From: a virus
Taxonomy: Duplodnaviria; Heunggongvirae; Uroviricota; Caudoviricetes
Reading direction: 5' to 3' (one strand)
Length of the DNA stretch: 64,000 bases
IMG/VR virus record: IMGVR_UViG_3300029841_000001
Span: 1-64,000 of that record
Shown: positions 29,804 through 39,130 of the stretch, piece by piece
How positions within the stretch are numbered: position 1 is the first letter of the stretch
How the letters are laid out: each line of letters opens with the position of its first letter
The notes under the pieces: generated by a model
What the model saw: the letters and a program-made list of their open reading frames with translations, nothing else
Database searches by the model: none
Told to the model about the DNA's origin: nothing
Program-made: the position numbers and the translations under genes

Positions 29804-30127
29804 CTACTTCTTATCTTCGTTTATTACTCTTGTTAAGGCTTCGATTAATACTTGTGTATTAACATACATTTTAATTTTTGATTCATTCTCTAATATATTT
29901 GTGAGTGCAATTTGATATTTTGTTCTTGTTTCTTCAAAAGACACACAATTCCCATATTGATCACATGCATACTCAGATGGAATATCATAATCTATATGTC
30001 CTAAATCATCTTTGAAATGATAACCGCAATCTCCATTATATTTCTTGCATACTTTACATTGTTCACTCATAATTCTATAGCATCTCCGCAACTTTCTTCG
30101 CAAAAATATCTTTGATATTCTTATCAA
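29804..30127 (-). CDS. Cys-rich hypothetical protein
   Basis: 107 aa, CKVCKK...CGYH. Confidence 0.35.
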   Translation of the reverse strand: MIRISKIFLRRKLRRCYRIMSEQCKVCKKYNGDCGYHFKDDLGHIDYDIPSEYACDQYGNCVSFEETRTKYQIALTNILENESKIKMYVNTQVLIEALTRVINEDKK

Positions 30128-30386
30128 TTACATCACAAATAACTTTTTCTGTCGCTTCTTTTACATACGTTTCTAATGTTTTATCTTTAATTTTTCGATT
30201 TGGATTCCATCTATCTGCTGATACTAACGCTCCAATTCTTTTAGTGACAATCTTTTCAATCTCATCATCAAGATTCCCTACAATTACATCTTCTATATAT
30301 TTATCCATTGCAAGTTTAACTTTCTGATCAAGTTCTTCACTATCAACTTGTAGATTTAAAATTAATTTTGGTTCTGATTTCTTCAT
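30075..30386 (-). CDS. Hypothetical protein
   Basis: 103 aa. Confidence 0.3.
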   Translation of the reverse strand: MKKSEPKLILNLQVDSEELDQKVKLAMDKYIEDVIVGNLDDEIEKIVTKRIGALVSADRWNPNRKIKDKTLETYVKEATEKVICDVIDKNIKDIFAKKVAEML

Positions 30387-30401
30387 ATTTTTAATCCTTT
30401 C

Positions 30402-30671
30402 TTATTCCTCAGTAATACAAGTATTTGTCACTTTCTTATACACATCTTCATAAAGTTCCTGCTTATCACCATTGTATGTATACTCAACATAGATTCCATC
30501 ACCAGAAACCGTAGTAGAAGCAAGACATTTATAGTTTTGTAGAGTCTTACATGACCAAACAATAAATACATCATTCAAATCAACTTCATATTCTGGATAA
30601 TTTTTATAATACCATTCTACTAATTTCTTTAAACATACTTTCTGAAAGTGATTCATTCCTGTAATAATCAT
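30402..30671 (-). CDS. Hypothetical protein
   Basis: 89 aa. Confidence 0.35.
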   Translation of the reverse strand: MIITGMNHFQKVCLKKLVEWYYKNYPEYEVDLNDVFIVWSCKTLQNYKCLASTTVSGDGIYVEYTYNGDKQELYEDVYKKVTNTCITEE

Positions 30672-30673
30672 AA

Positions 30674-31129
30674 TTAATCCTCCACTGATTCATATTTTTT
30701 AAATAATCTACCCATTGTTAAATGATTGAATTTAGCTAGATCCATTGCACAAGCCACAACATTATGAGGTGTAGAAGCTCCAATAAATTCACAAAGATAC
30801 TCTGATAATGATTCATAATTAATATCTTTTGATATTTCTTCATCCCAAGGTTTTCTAATCCATCCAATCATTTTCTGATTATTGATTGTTACTTCTCCTT
30901 TATCAAGTGAATATAATACACTACCGTTACTACTTCTCCACCAAGCATCTTCACCTGCGAATTTCACAAATTTTTCTTCTGATATATCTGAAATCATATC
31001 AAATATTTCATCATCCATTAACCAAACTTCATATCTATTACTCTTGTATGTGCATATTGCTCCATATTCTTTTGGATAATCTAATACGAAAAAGAATTGT
31101 TTAAGATTATTTCCTAAAATTTCTTTCAT
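30674..31129 (-). CDS. Hypothetical protein
   Basis: 151 aa. Confidence 0.4.
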   Translation of the reverse strand: MKEILGNNLKQFFFVLDYPKEYGAICTYKSNRYEVWLMDDEIFDMISDISEEKFVKFAGEDAWWRSSNGSVLYSLDKGEVTINNQKMIGWIRKPWDEEISKDINYESLSEYLCEFIGASTPHNVVACAMDLAKFNHLTMGRLFKKYESVED

Positions 31130-31133
31130 TTGC

Positions 31134-31562
31134 TCACCACCCTAAATGTTGAAACCATTTTGCAAATAATAGCAACCCTTCTTGAATCTTATCATTAGTT
31201 TCCTTATATTTTTCTTTCCAATCTGAATTGTTACAATCTATCGACTCATATATCTCATAATAATTAGCAGCTTGCTCAAATGACCAGATCATCTTATCTA
31301 ATAATTCATCCCATTTCTCAGGTGTATTTGCTTCATCATATCCAGGATAAGCAATGGTTAGTTTCTTATACATTTTTAATCTTGGAAGAATATATTTTGC
31401 AACATTACAATCAAGATTCCATATTTCTTTTGGACTAACATATAATCCTTGCTTCTTTAACCATTTCTTTCTTACTCGTTTATTCAATATTTGAACCTCT
31501 CGTATAATATTTCTCCGTAATTTCTTGTTTAATCTTAGAAACTCTTTGTTTTGATATACCAA
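31134..31562 (-). CDS. Hypothetical protein (true start probably downstream of the sigma gene stop)
   Basis: 142-aa ORF whose first ~27 codons overlap the 3' end of the sigma-factor gene. Confidence 0.35.
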   Translation of the reverse strand: MVYQNKEFLRLNKKLRRNIIREVQILNKRVRKKWLKKQGLYVSPKEIWNLDCNVAKYILPRLKMYKKLTIAYPGYDEANTPEKWDELLDKMIWSFEQAANYYEIYESIDCNNSDWKEKYKETNDKIQEGLLLFAKWFQHLGW

Positions 31563-31974
31563 TAATTTTAGATATTTCGCATTGTGTATATCCTTCTCTT
31601 AATAAAAGAAAAACCTTTTTCTTATTACCAACCAATTCATTTTCAATATTTTCTAATGATAGTGCTGATATTATTTCATTTTCAATATCTTGTTTACTTG
31701 GAATATAATTAAGAAATGTAGATGTGTCATTATCTTTAGATGATTCGTTGACTTGATTCTCATAATAAACTATCTGATTTTGTGGAATTGTACGCATTGC
31801 ATTTTCTTTACGTTTCTCCATTATTATAGTTGTATACATACATTTATAGGCATAGGTAGAAAATCCCGATTTATCATTGTTATATGTATTTGCAGCTTTA
31901 CATAAGCCTATTGCTGCAATATCATACCATTCTTCTACATCTAAATGATATTTATACAAAAAGGAATATATCAA
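31480..31974 (-). CDS. Sigma-70-family RNA polymerase sigma factor (phage-encoded)
   Basis: Region-2-like WYDIAAIGLCKAANTYNNDKSGFSTYAYKCM; region-4 HTH LLLREGYTQCEISKIIGISKQRVSKIKQ; 164 aa. Confidence 0.6.
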   Translation of the reverse strand: MIYSFLYKYHLDVEEWYDIAAIGLCKAANTYNNDKSGFSTYAYKCMYTTIIMEKRKENAMRTIPQNQIVYYENQVNESSKDNDTSTFLNYIPSKQDIENEIISALSLENIENELVGNKKKVFLLLREGYTQCEISKIIGISKQRVSKIKQEITEKYYTRGSNIE

Positions 31975-32062
31975 ATTGTGATTCTCTTCTACTAATTCCC
32001 TTGCTTCATCTGTAATTTATATCACCTCCATAAAATCGAGAATTCAAATTAAATAATACTAC

Positions 32063-32344
32063 TCATCCAATTCCTCTCTTTTTAAACAATTTTCTTAATG
32101 ATTCTTCTGTGTATAATATATCATTATCTTGTAGCCATTTAAGAAAATTATTTTTATTAGGAAAACATTGAGCACAACCATAATAATTGTTGTAAATACC
32201 ACAATTACAACGATACATTAGTTCTCTTCTATATTCTTTATGGCATTTCTCACATTGACACCTTAAAGATAAAGGTCTTATTTTCTTTACACTAATAGAA
32301 TCCATATGCTCTTTTATGTATCTTTCTGCTGGATCACGTTTCAT
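32063..32344 (-). CDS. Cys-rich hypothetical protein
   Basis: 93 aa. Confidence 0.35.
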   Translation of the reverse strand: MKRDPAERYIKEHMDSISVKKIRPLSLRCQCEKCHKEYRRELMYRCNCGIYNNYYGCAQCFPNKNNFLKWLQDNDILYTEESLRKLFKKRGIG

Positions 32345-32658
32345 TTCTTATCACCATCTTTCTTTATACCTATATTCGCTATTTTATAAATGAATTTTGT
32401 GAACATTCTATTACTCTTTCGTTTTTCATATATTTTTTGAAGAATATCAACTATGATAAGATAAAAGACAATTAAAAATGACACCCCTCCCGTAAGAATA
32501 AGAACTATAGTATGCAGTATTTCTCCTTTAAAATAATTCTCATCATATGGTTCTCCTCTCATATCGTATACACATATACTTATTACCGATAATAAGCCAA
32601 TCAGCAACCATATGACTGCAATTATAATATACTCTTTACGTCCAAACATTATCATCAC
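32341..32658 (-). CDS. Membrane protein
   Basis: Two TM helices. Confidence 0.4.
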   Translation of the reverse strand: MMIMFGRKEYIIIAVIWLLIGLLSVISICVYDMRGEPYDENYFKGEILHTIVLILTGGVSFLIVFYLIIVDILQKIYEKRKSNRMFTKFIYKIANIGIKKDGDKK

Positions 32659-32687
32659 CTGCCTTAAAACGTTTGTTTCATGTGATG

Positions 32688-33023
32688 CTAAACCATCACT
32701 TTATCATTGATTTCTTCAATTTTAGTTCTCATATAATATCTTAAATCTTCTCTAAGTTCACGATTACACATAATTTGTTTAATATCATTTGAAAATTCCG
32801 TGATGATTTTATTTACGATCTTATCTGCCATTTCTTCTTCTAATCGTGATATAATTTTCTCTTTTACTTTTTCAATATCAATTTTTTCATAACATTCTTT
32901 AATGATTTCGTATGGAACTTCATACCTATTATCATAATTGATTTTAATAAGATCCTGTTTTGAAATGTCATTGATAATCTTTTTCTGGATTAAATCATTA
33001 AATTTCTCTTCAAAATTTACCAT
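32688..33023 (-). CDS. Hypothetical protein
   Basis: 111 aa. Confidence 0.35.
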   Translation of the reverse strand: MVNFEEKFNDLIQKKIINDISKQDLIKINYDNRYEVPYEIIKECYEKIDIEKVKEKIISRLEEEMADKIVNKIITEFSNDIKQIMCNRELREDLRYYMRTKIEEINDKVMV

Positions 33024-33640
33024 TTCGTATTCTCCAAACTATCTAAAAATTGTTTCATCCATAGATTCTTTTCTTCTACTCTCTTTAATTCTGCTTGATA
33101 TTTTTCATATGCCCTATTAACTTGCATATCCTTTTGATCTTTTAAATCATCAATATATTTCCTAATTGCATCATCAGAAGTATCTAATTCCTTATTTATA
33201 TCTTCTTCACACCATTTATATAAAGATGTATTCAATGACATATCAATTTGTTCTAAACAAAATTTCTTTAAATTTTCATGTTCTGGTGTTGGAGGAATCC
33301 ATTTTTCAACTTCTTCTCGTACTTTTAGGTACTTTTTATCTTCATCTTTATAATCTTTAAGACATCTTTTTGCACTAGCTTTATTATTCTTAAATTTAGA
33401 AATCATGTCTTCTTTCGCTTCTTCAAGAGTCATGCTATATGCTTTTTCTCTTGACACTAAAGAATCTTTGTATGCTTTTTCATAATAAGGATCTGGCTCA
33501 AAATGATTTGGTGTTGGAACATCTAAAGATTCATCTTTTAAGTCAACAGCAATTCCAAATGCTCTTGTACATAGTTTCAAAAACTCTTTACCAGATGTTA
33601 TTTCTCCATCATTAATGTAAGACGTATATCCTGTTGGCAT
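33017..33640 (-). CDS. Hypothetical protein
   Basis: 207 aa. Confidence 0.4.
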   Translation of the reverse strand: MPTGYTSYINDGEITSGKEFLKLCTRAFGIAVDLKDESLDVPTPNHFEPDPYYEKAYKDSLVSREKAYSMTLEEAKEDMISKFKNNKASAKRCLKDYKDEDKKYLKVREEVEKWIPPTPEHENLKKFCLEQIDMSLNTSLYKWCEEDINKELDTSDDAIRKYIDDLKDQKDMQVNRAYEKYQAELKRVEEKNLWMKQFLDSLENTKW

Positions 33641-33694
33641 CTAATCACCTCTCTAGTCAGTTATATTTTTATGGAATCTTGAGCAGAAATGCTC

Positions 33695-34723
33695 TTAGAT
33701 TTCACCTTTAACTACTCTTTCATTTACAGAAGCTACAAACTCATTAATCTTTTTATAATCTGGACTATCTGGTAAATCGGTATTCTCTTTTGCGTAGTCT
33801 AATCTCTTTTCATATTCATCTACCATTTCATAAAATTCTGGAACAGGTTGCCTATTTTCATCTAAATATTTACCATTACGAATATCCATAAGTAAATCAT
33901 GCTCTTTATCTCTATAGGTATTGATTTCTCCTTTTTCAAGAATATCCAGGCACATCATATATAATCTAATCAAATGCATCATATGTTTACCTAATTTATT
34001 TGCTTCAATCGCTTTTTGATTGCGTTTACCAATCTTGCCATATGCTTTTACGATAGATTGCATTTCAGAAATCATACCAGAATAATCTCTTAGAGGATAA
34101 TGTGTTAAATTCACATCCATAAAAATTTCCGTATCATATCCCTCTTGAACTGCTTTATCAATATATAATTTAATCGCATCATCTGGCATTGTAAAATGTT
34201 TTTGTTTAAAGTCAAACATTGCATGATCAATTGTCTTAAAGATATGTTCTTCGTTTTTAGCCTGTCCAACTAATCTATTTGACTTATTCTCCAACCTACG
34301 GAGCTGCTGATTAGCATAGCCACCAAAAGAATAAATTGCTTTCTTCGATAGAAATAAATCTTTATTATAAATAAATTCTCTACCAATTGGCGATACATAG
34401 AAATAATGTTCTGGTTTATTACCGAGCATTTCAATTGTGTTAGGATTACAATTGCATAACAGTGAAATCAATTTATTAAACGCATAAATGGTTGTATCTG
34501 TTTTTTCATTTACAAATTGCTCAAAATTTTCATTCGTAAGAATTTGCATTTTACTATTCAATGCACATCCTCTAATATCCAGATCACTTGTTTCTGTATT
34601 TGTACCATAAGCATGACTTCCACCAAGTGTAAGAATAATAATATTATTACCTAAATTCTTATCTTTTCGTAAGAAATCGTATTCTTTACTTCTTAATTTC
34701 TCTTTAATCTGCTCTATTGTCAT
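33695..34723 (-). CDS. Pol-beta-superfamily nucleotidyltransferase
   Basis: LTLGGSHAYGTNTETSDLDIRG matches hG[GS]-x9-13-[DE]h[DE]h; 342 aa with a helical C-terminal domain. Confidence 0.5.
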   Translation of the reverse strand: MTIEQIKEKLRSKEYDFLRKDKNLGNNIIILTLGGSHAYGTNTETSDLDIRGCALNSKMQILTNENFEQFVNEKTDTTIYAFNKLISLLCNCNPNTIEMLGNKPEHYFYVSPIGREFIYNKDLFLSKKAIYSFGGYANQQLRRLENKSNRLVGQAKNEEHIFKTIDHAMFDFKQKHFTMPDDAIKLYIDKAVQEGYDTEIFMDVNLTHYPLRDYSGMISEMQSIVKAYGKIGKRNQKAIEANKLGKHMMHLIRLYMMCLDILEKGEINTYRDKEHDLLMDIRNGKYLDENRQPVPEFYEMVDEYEKRLDYAKENTDLPDSPDYKKINEFVASVNERVVKGEI

Positions 34724-34759
34724 AAAAATTCACCTCTTTTTATGAATGAAAGTTTACTT

Positions 34760-35014
34760 TCAACTGTTAATTTTTTGACTACCTGCAATCTCCTCTAAAC
34801 ATCTATTCCAACCGTCACGATACCCAGTATAATATTCCTCATAGGGATCGTCAAAATCATCTTTCTCCGGCAGTGGCTGCAATGGACACCAATCGGGGAT
34901 TACATCATTGTTTGGAACTCTCCTGCAATGTATTGCTCTGCACCAGAAATCACTTATAAATTTACATTTTCCACAGTCCTCTGGTGTATCCATAACTAAT
35001 ACTGATTTACTCAT
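34760..35014 (-). CDS. Cys-rich small protein
   Basis: 84 aa, CGKCKF...C..C. Confidence 0.35.
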   Translation of the reverse strand: MSKSVLVMDTPEDCGKCKFISDFWCRAIHCRRVPNNDVIPDWCPLQPLPEKDDFDDPYEEYYTGYRDGWNRCLEEIAGSQKINS

Positions 35015-35162
35015 CTTATCTTCCTTCTTTTCTGTAAAAATGCTCCATACTGTGCGGGGCTGATAATGTCTTCCTTCTCTCTGGTAGCTAGACCGTATCC
35101 GAATCTTCCGTTCTTTTTGTTTTCTTCCTTTGTGAACATAGTGGAAATGTCTTTTCCTTTAC

Positions 35163-35426
35163 TCATTTGATTCCTCCACTTTTCACAATTTCGATCAAAT
35201 CATCAATAAGAGCATCTGAGCAATCTTCACTGCATACTGTTTTCCCATCATCATTATATTTACATAATTTACAATCAAAATTTGCTCTTCTATATTCAAT
35301 CTGTTCAATAACTTTTTCCACATCAAAAGCTGTCGGCTGCTCATCAATCTTTTCAAGAATTTCTAAATCATCAGAATACGCACAATGTATCACATGTTTC
35401 AATTTATCTGCATCAATTAATCTCAT
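35163..35426 (-). CDS. Hypothetical protein
   Basis: 87 aa, CxxC pairs. Confidence 0.35.
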   Translation of the reverse strand: MRLIDADKLKHVIHCAYSDDLEILEKIDEQPTAFDVEKVIEQIEYRRANFDCKLCKYNDDGKTVCSEDCSDALIDDLIEIVKSGGIK

Positions 35427-35509
35427 CTTTTATTTCTCCAAATTAACACACATCCGCTAAGTAACACCATAAATAACAATTCTACAATTACTGTAAATCT
35501 ATCCATTTA

Positions 35510-35866
35510 TTATTCCTCATTTTCTTTAAACGCATATTGAATAGCTTCACTAAAACAACATCCACCGTTGTAATATCTAACATTGTATTTATATTCTTCA
35601 TCCTGTAACTTTGTCAGATCAAAAGTAGACTCATTATAATCAATTTGTTGTTTTGACATAATCCTATACACATTTTCATTAACAACAACATAATAATCAT
35701 AAAATTCATATATAAGATATTCTTCCCATGTGTCATAATAACTCGGCAAATTCTCATCACAACCAGGACAAGTTAATGCAACTCTTTTACAAAAATCACC
35801 ATATGTTTCATTTTCTTTTTTGTGAATTAATTTTAGTTTACCTCTATAATTTACATACTCACTCAT
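35510..35866 (-). CDS. Hypothetical protein
   Basis: 118 aa. Confidence 0.35.
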   Translation of the reverse strand: MSEYVNYRGKLKLIHKKENETYGDFCKRVALTCPGCDENLPSYYDTWEEYLIYEFYDYYVVVNENVYRIMSKQQIDYNESTFDLTKLQDEEYKYNVRYYNGGCCFSEAIQYAFKENEE

Positions 35867-35869
35867 ATT

Positions 35870-36175
35870 CTAATGCTCCTCATTTTTATCCGTATAATAT
35901 CTACCAAAAACCATATTAAATAAATAGCCTAAAATTAATATCCTCTTTAATTGATTTGGAGATACTGGACGTAAATCCATAAATGCACCTAAAATTTCAG
36001 TTGTTTCAAAATCCATCATATGATAATCGCAACTATTTGGATCAGATATTCCATGTTTAAAATATAAATCATCTTCACTTTGTAATCTTTGTGGTTCAAA
36101 AGTTTGTTCATAAATTGATTTATAAACAGACATTGGAATTTTATCAAATAATTCTAATTCAAACATATTTCTCAC
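35870..36175 (-). CDS. Hypothetical protein
   Basis: 101 aa. Confidence 0.35.
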   Translation of the reverse strand: MRNMFELELFDKIPMSVYKSIYEQTFEPQRLQSEDDLYFKHGISDPNSCDYHMMDFETTEILGAFMDLRPVSPNQLKRILILGYLFNMVFGRYYTDKNEEH

Positions 36176-36192
36176 CTCATGAAAGACGCATT

Positions 36193-37080
36193 TTATCGTG
36201 TAATAACATTAAACATATCATCTACAGAATCAAGTAAATCATATCTTTTATCAAACGGAGCAGTTGAACTTTTTGCAAATTTTTTCTCTACCATATCAAT
36301 GTAATATGTAAATTCAGAATCTCGTCCCATATAAAACTCATCCCATTCTTCCTGAGTTAATAATCTTTTTACATTCAACTGCTCAATTGCAAGATTATCA
36401 AAACTTACAACTTTAAATTTCTGAATAATATCTTCAAGATTTTCATATAACCATTGCTGCTTAGTCTCAATATCATTCTGTTCTTCTTCAAAATACTCAT
36501 TACCTCTACGCAAATGTTTATACCCAAGAATTAACATCTTTAAATTATTATTCTCTAATGCTTTTATATCAGATGGTTTTAATACACCATTAATTACATG
36601 AATAACTGCATTTGGATATTGTTTTATAAGTTCAATAAAATGTTTTGTGGGATTTACTAGCGAAACGCCAAGACCATAGATTAATTTCTCGTCAACTAAC
36701 TTTTTGATTAATTCATGCTTCTTTTCAAAATGGATCTGATTAACAGTCATATTTGCAATAACTTTTCGTTCTTTTAGTTTTTGTAAGAATGGAATTAAAT
36801 CAGGATGACTGGTTGCATCACCACCGCCAATTGCAATTTCTTGATATGGATGTAAAGTATCAATAAATTTTTCATTTAAAATATCTCCAAATTTACCATG
36901 TAAAGAGCTACCCTCATGACAAAATTTACATCCCCTATCACAGTAATTACAAATTTTTACATCCATGTTTTCAGCAAAACTAGGAATAAATTCATCATCT
37001 TTTGTTTCTCTAATTTTTGTTCCGTCACTCAAAATAGTTGTCACAAAGTTACCGTTTTTATATCTTCCTAATAATCCCAT
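36193..37080 (-). CDS. Radical SAM enzyme
   Basis: CNYCDRGCKFC contains the CxxxCxxC [4Fe-4S] motif near the N-terminus; glycine-rich AIGGGD SAM-binding-like motif; 295 aa. Confidence 0.55.
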   Translation of the reverse strand: MGLLGRYKNGNFVTTILSDGTKIRETKDDEFIPSFAENMDVKICNYCDRGCKFCHEGSSLHGKFGDILNEKFIDTLHPYQEIAIGGGDATSHPDLIPFLQKLKERKVIANMTVNQIHFEKKHELIKKLVDEKLIYGLGVSLVNPTKHFIELIKQYPNAVIHVINGVLKPSDIKALENNNLKMLILGYKHLRRGNEYFEEEQNDIETKQQWLYENLEDIIQKFKVVSFDNLAIEQLNVKRLLTQEEWDEFYMGRDSEFTYYIDMVEKKFAKSSTAPFDKRYDLLDSVDDMFNVITR

Positions 37081-37095
37081 TCTTAACCCTCCTAA

Positions 37096-37389
37096 TCAAT
37101 CATGACCGTAATATCCAAATGCAACTACTGTATCACCATTTTTTGTCGTAAATGTATCTTCAAAAGTTTTATAATCAAGTGCGCCATACTCATTAAAACG
37201 ATCATATGTATAATATCTGTCATCATCATCATGATCTGTATCATCTAGTGGAATTAATTTATCTTCCCAATAATCATAAATAAGTTCTCCATTTTTCCAT
37301 CTATCATAATCTGATTGTGTACACATTGTTAAACTATGTACGCTTGATGAATTAGTTTCAAATACACCTCGTCTAATTTGTCTCTTCAT
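37096..37389 (-). CDS. Hypothetical protein, paralog A (N-terminal MKRQIRRGVFETNSSSVH motif)
   Basis: Shares a near-identical 20-aa N-terminus with the next gene. Confidence 0.4.
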   Translation of the reverse strand: MKRQIRRGVFETNSSSVHSLTMCTQSDYDRWKNGELIYDYWEDKLIPLDDTDHDDDDRYYTYDRFNEYGALDYKTFEDTFTTKNGDTVVAFGYYGHD

Positions 37390-37394
37390 ATAAT

Positions 37395-37973
37395 TTAATT
37401 TCCTTTCATATAAACTTCATAATTGTCAAACACTGGTTTTAATCCACCATAATTTGTATATGTACCCCAACTTGTTTCTTCTTCACCTTCGTTGACATAC
37501 ATTGTGTCTCTAAAAGCATTCGAGTTATCATTGCCAGTAATCACTATTGAATTACCAAACAAATACCTAAATAATTTATCTGAATCTGCTAATACATCAT
37601 TAACAAAATCTTGTGTTTCTTCTGAATGATCAATATACCCATCAATATCATAGTAGTATCTTGTTTTACCATCATATTTATATGTATCAACTTTTAATTC
37701 CGGAAGAGTATATTCAATATTATTATCATCTAAAATATCTTTTAATTTCTGTAAATTTTCATCTGCCTTATTCTTATCAAAACTTAGAATCGCCGTGATT
37801 AAATATGATGCCTTATCATATGATGCCCCATAAGTAATATTCTCCCAACCAAACTCTCCTACTACAAAATCAATATGACTTAAAGGATTGTAATTCCCTT
37901 TAGTGATACAAATTGCATGTGTACTACTCGAATTAGTTTCAAAAACACACCTTCTAATCTGTCTCTTCATTTT
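37395..37973 (-). CDS. Hypothetical protein, paralog B (MKRQIRRCVFETNSSSTH motif)
   Basis: The listed ORF extends to 38012. The internal Met at 37973 has a good RBS (AGAGAGGAAAAT) and aligns with paralog A. Confidence 0.4.
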   Translation of the reverse strand, partial: KMKRQIRRCVFETNSSSTHAICITKGNYNPLSHIDFVVGEFGWENITYGASYDKASYLITAILSFDKNKADENLQKLKDILDDNNIEYTLPELKVDTYKYDGKTRYYYDIDGYIDHSEETQDFVNDVLADSDKLFRYLFGNSIVITGNDNSNAFRDTMYVNEGEEETSWGTYTNYGGLKPVFDNYEVYMKGN

Positions 37974-38012
37974 ATTTTCCTCTCTTTCTTCTTTATGAAA
38001 ACAACATTTCAT

Positions 38013-39113
38013 TTATCTTAAATCTACATCATTTCGGGTTTCTCCATCAGAATAATAAATATTCCAATCATTAAATAAATTTATAAGCAAATCATTATCC
38101 CATTTGTCATATTCATTACAATGGGTAATTGCAATTGATTTTGTATTTCCAAAATCTCCAATATCATCAGAACATCTATTATATAGTTCTCTTAGATTAA
38201 GATGTCCATATCTTAATATATCTTGAAAAGGATTTGGAACATTTGTTTTATCATACATATATTCGTTAATAAAATTTTTATTGCATTCTGATGGAAATTT
38301 CCCTGCGCCATGTCTTGTTAAATAAGTACGAGATACATAACAAGTTTCAATATTTATATCATCATTCCATTCAATATTTTCAATTATTTTCTTGGGATTT
38401 TTAATTCCAGTGTTAGATGGGGTAAGATGTGGAAAATAATCAATATTATTTTGATCAAGTAAAAGCCCTTGTGCTGCTTCAAAAATAATATTGTCATACT
38501 GATTTAAGAAATATTCATCTGAAATACACAATGAATGGCTATTCATAAAATCCAAGTCTTCTAAGAAATGTTCAAATATACCATTATCAAAAAAGATTTT
38601 CAACCATTCGCCTGATAATTCAATGTCCTCCTTTTTAAATTGTTCCAAATAGTATTCTTTAATATTGTAATCTAAATCAGTTACACCAGCTCTATATCTT
38701 TTAATTGTCTCAAAAACCCCTAATCCACAACTACCATGTTTATTTTTACCACGGCTTTCCTCAACGATTTGATTAGCTATCATATCAAATGGAGTTGTTA
38801 TCATGCAATTTTGATTAATATATACATTTAGATTATGATTAAGTTTTACTAACTCATCATATTCTTGTTTAAAAATAATTGGATTAAGAATAAAATCCTC
38901 AGATAAATATGTACTTGCGTTATTAAATGTACCTGATCCAAAATGATGAAAGACATGTCTAATTGCAGTTGGCGTTGTTACAGTATGTCCTCTTTGCGCT
39001 CCACCATTTGAACACACAACAATGCTATTGGATTTTTGCGAAAAATAATCTGTCATCAAGCCCTTTCCTTCATCCCCAAAATTTGCTCCAATTACAATCT
39101 TAATGTCTTTCAT
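38013..39113 (-). CDS. Adenylosuccinate-synthetase-like enzyme (PurA family; PurZ candidate)
   Basis: GANFGDEGKGLMTD (PurA GDEGKGK P-loop) and NGGAQRGHTV (PurA GG.NAGHT). 366 aa is shorter than cellular PurA and within the phage PurZ range. Confidence 0.55.
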   Translation of the reverse strand: MKDIKIVIGANFGDEGKGLMTDYFSQKSNSIVVCSNGGAQRGHTVTTPTAIRHVFHHFGSGTFNNASTYLSEDFILNPIIFKQEYDELVKLNHNLNVYINQNCMITTPFDMIANQIVEESRGKNKHGSCGLGVFETIKRYRAGVTDLDYNIKEYYLEQFKKEDIELSGEWLKIFFDNGIFEHFLEDLDFMNSHSLCISDEYFLNQYDNIIFEAAQGLLLDQNNIDYFPHLTPSNTGIKNPKKIIENIEWNDDINIETCYVSRTYLTRHGAGKFPSECNKNFINEYMYDKTNVPNPFQDILRYGHLNLRELYNRCSDDIGDFGNTKSIAITHCNEYDKWDNDLLINLFNDWNIYYSDGETRNDVDLR

Positions 39114-39130
39114 CTTTTAATTCTCCTATT

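Noticed and set aside
36193-37080. Calling the radical-SAM enzyme QueE or NrdG specifically
   Set aside because: Only the generic CxxxCxxC and glycine-rich motifs can be seen. The 295-aa size fits neither family cleanly, and no queC/queD/folE or nrdD partner is visible in the window.
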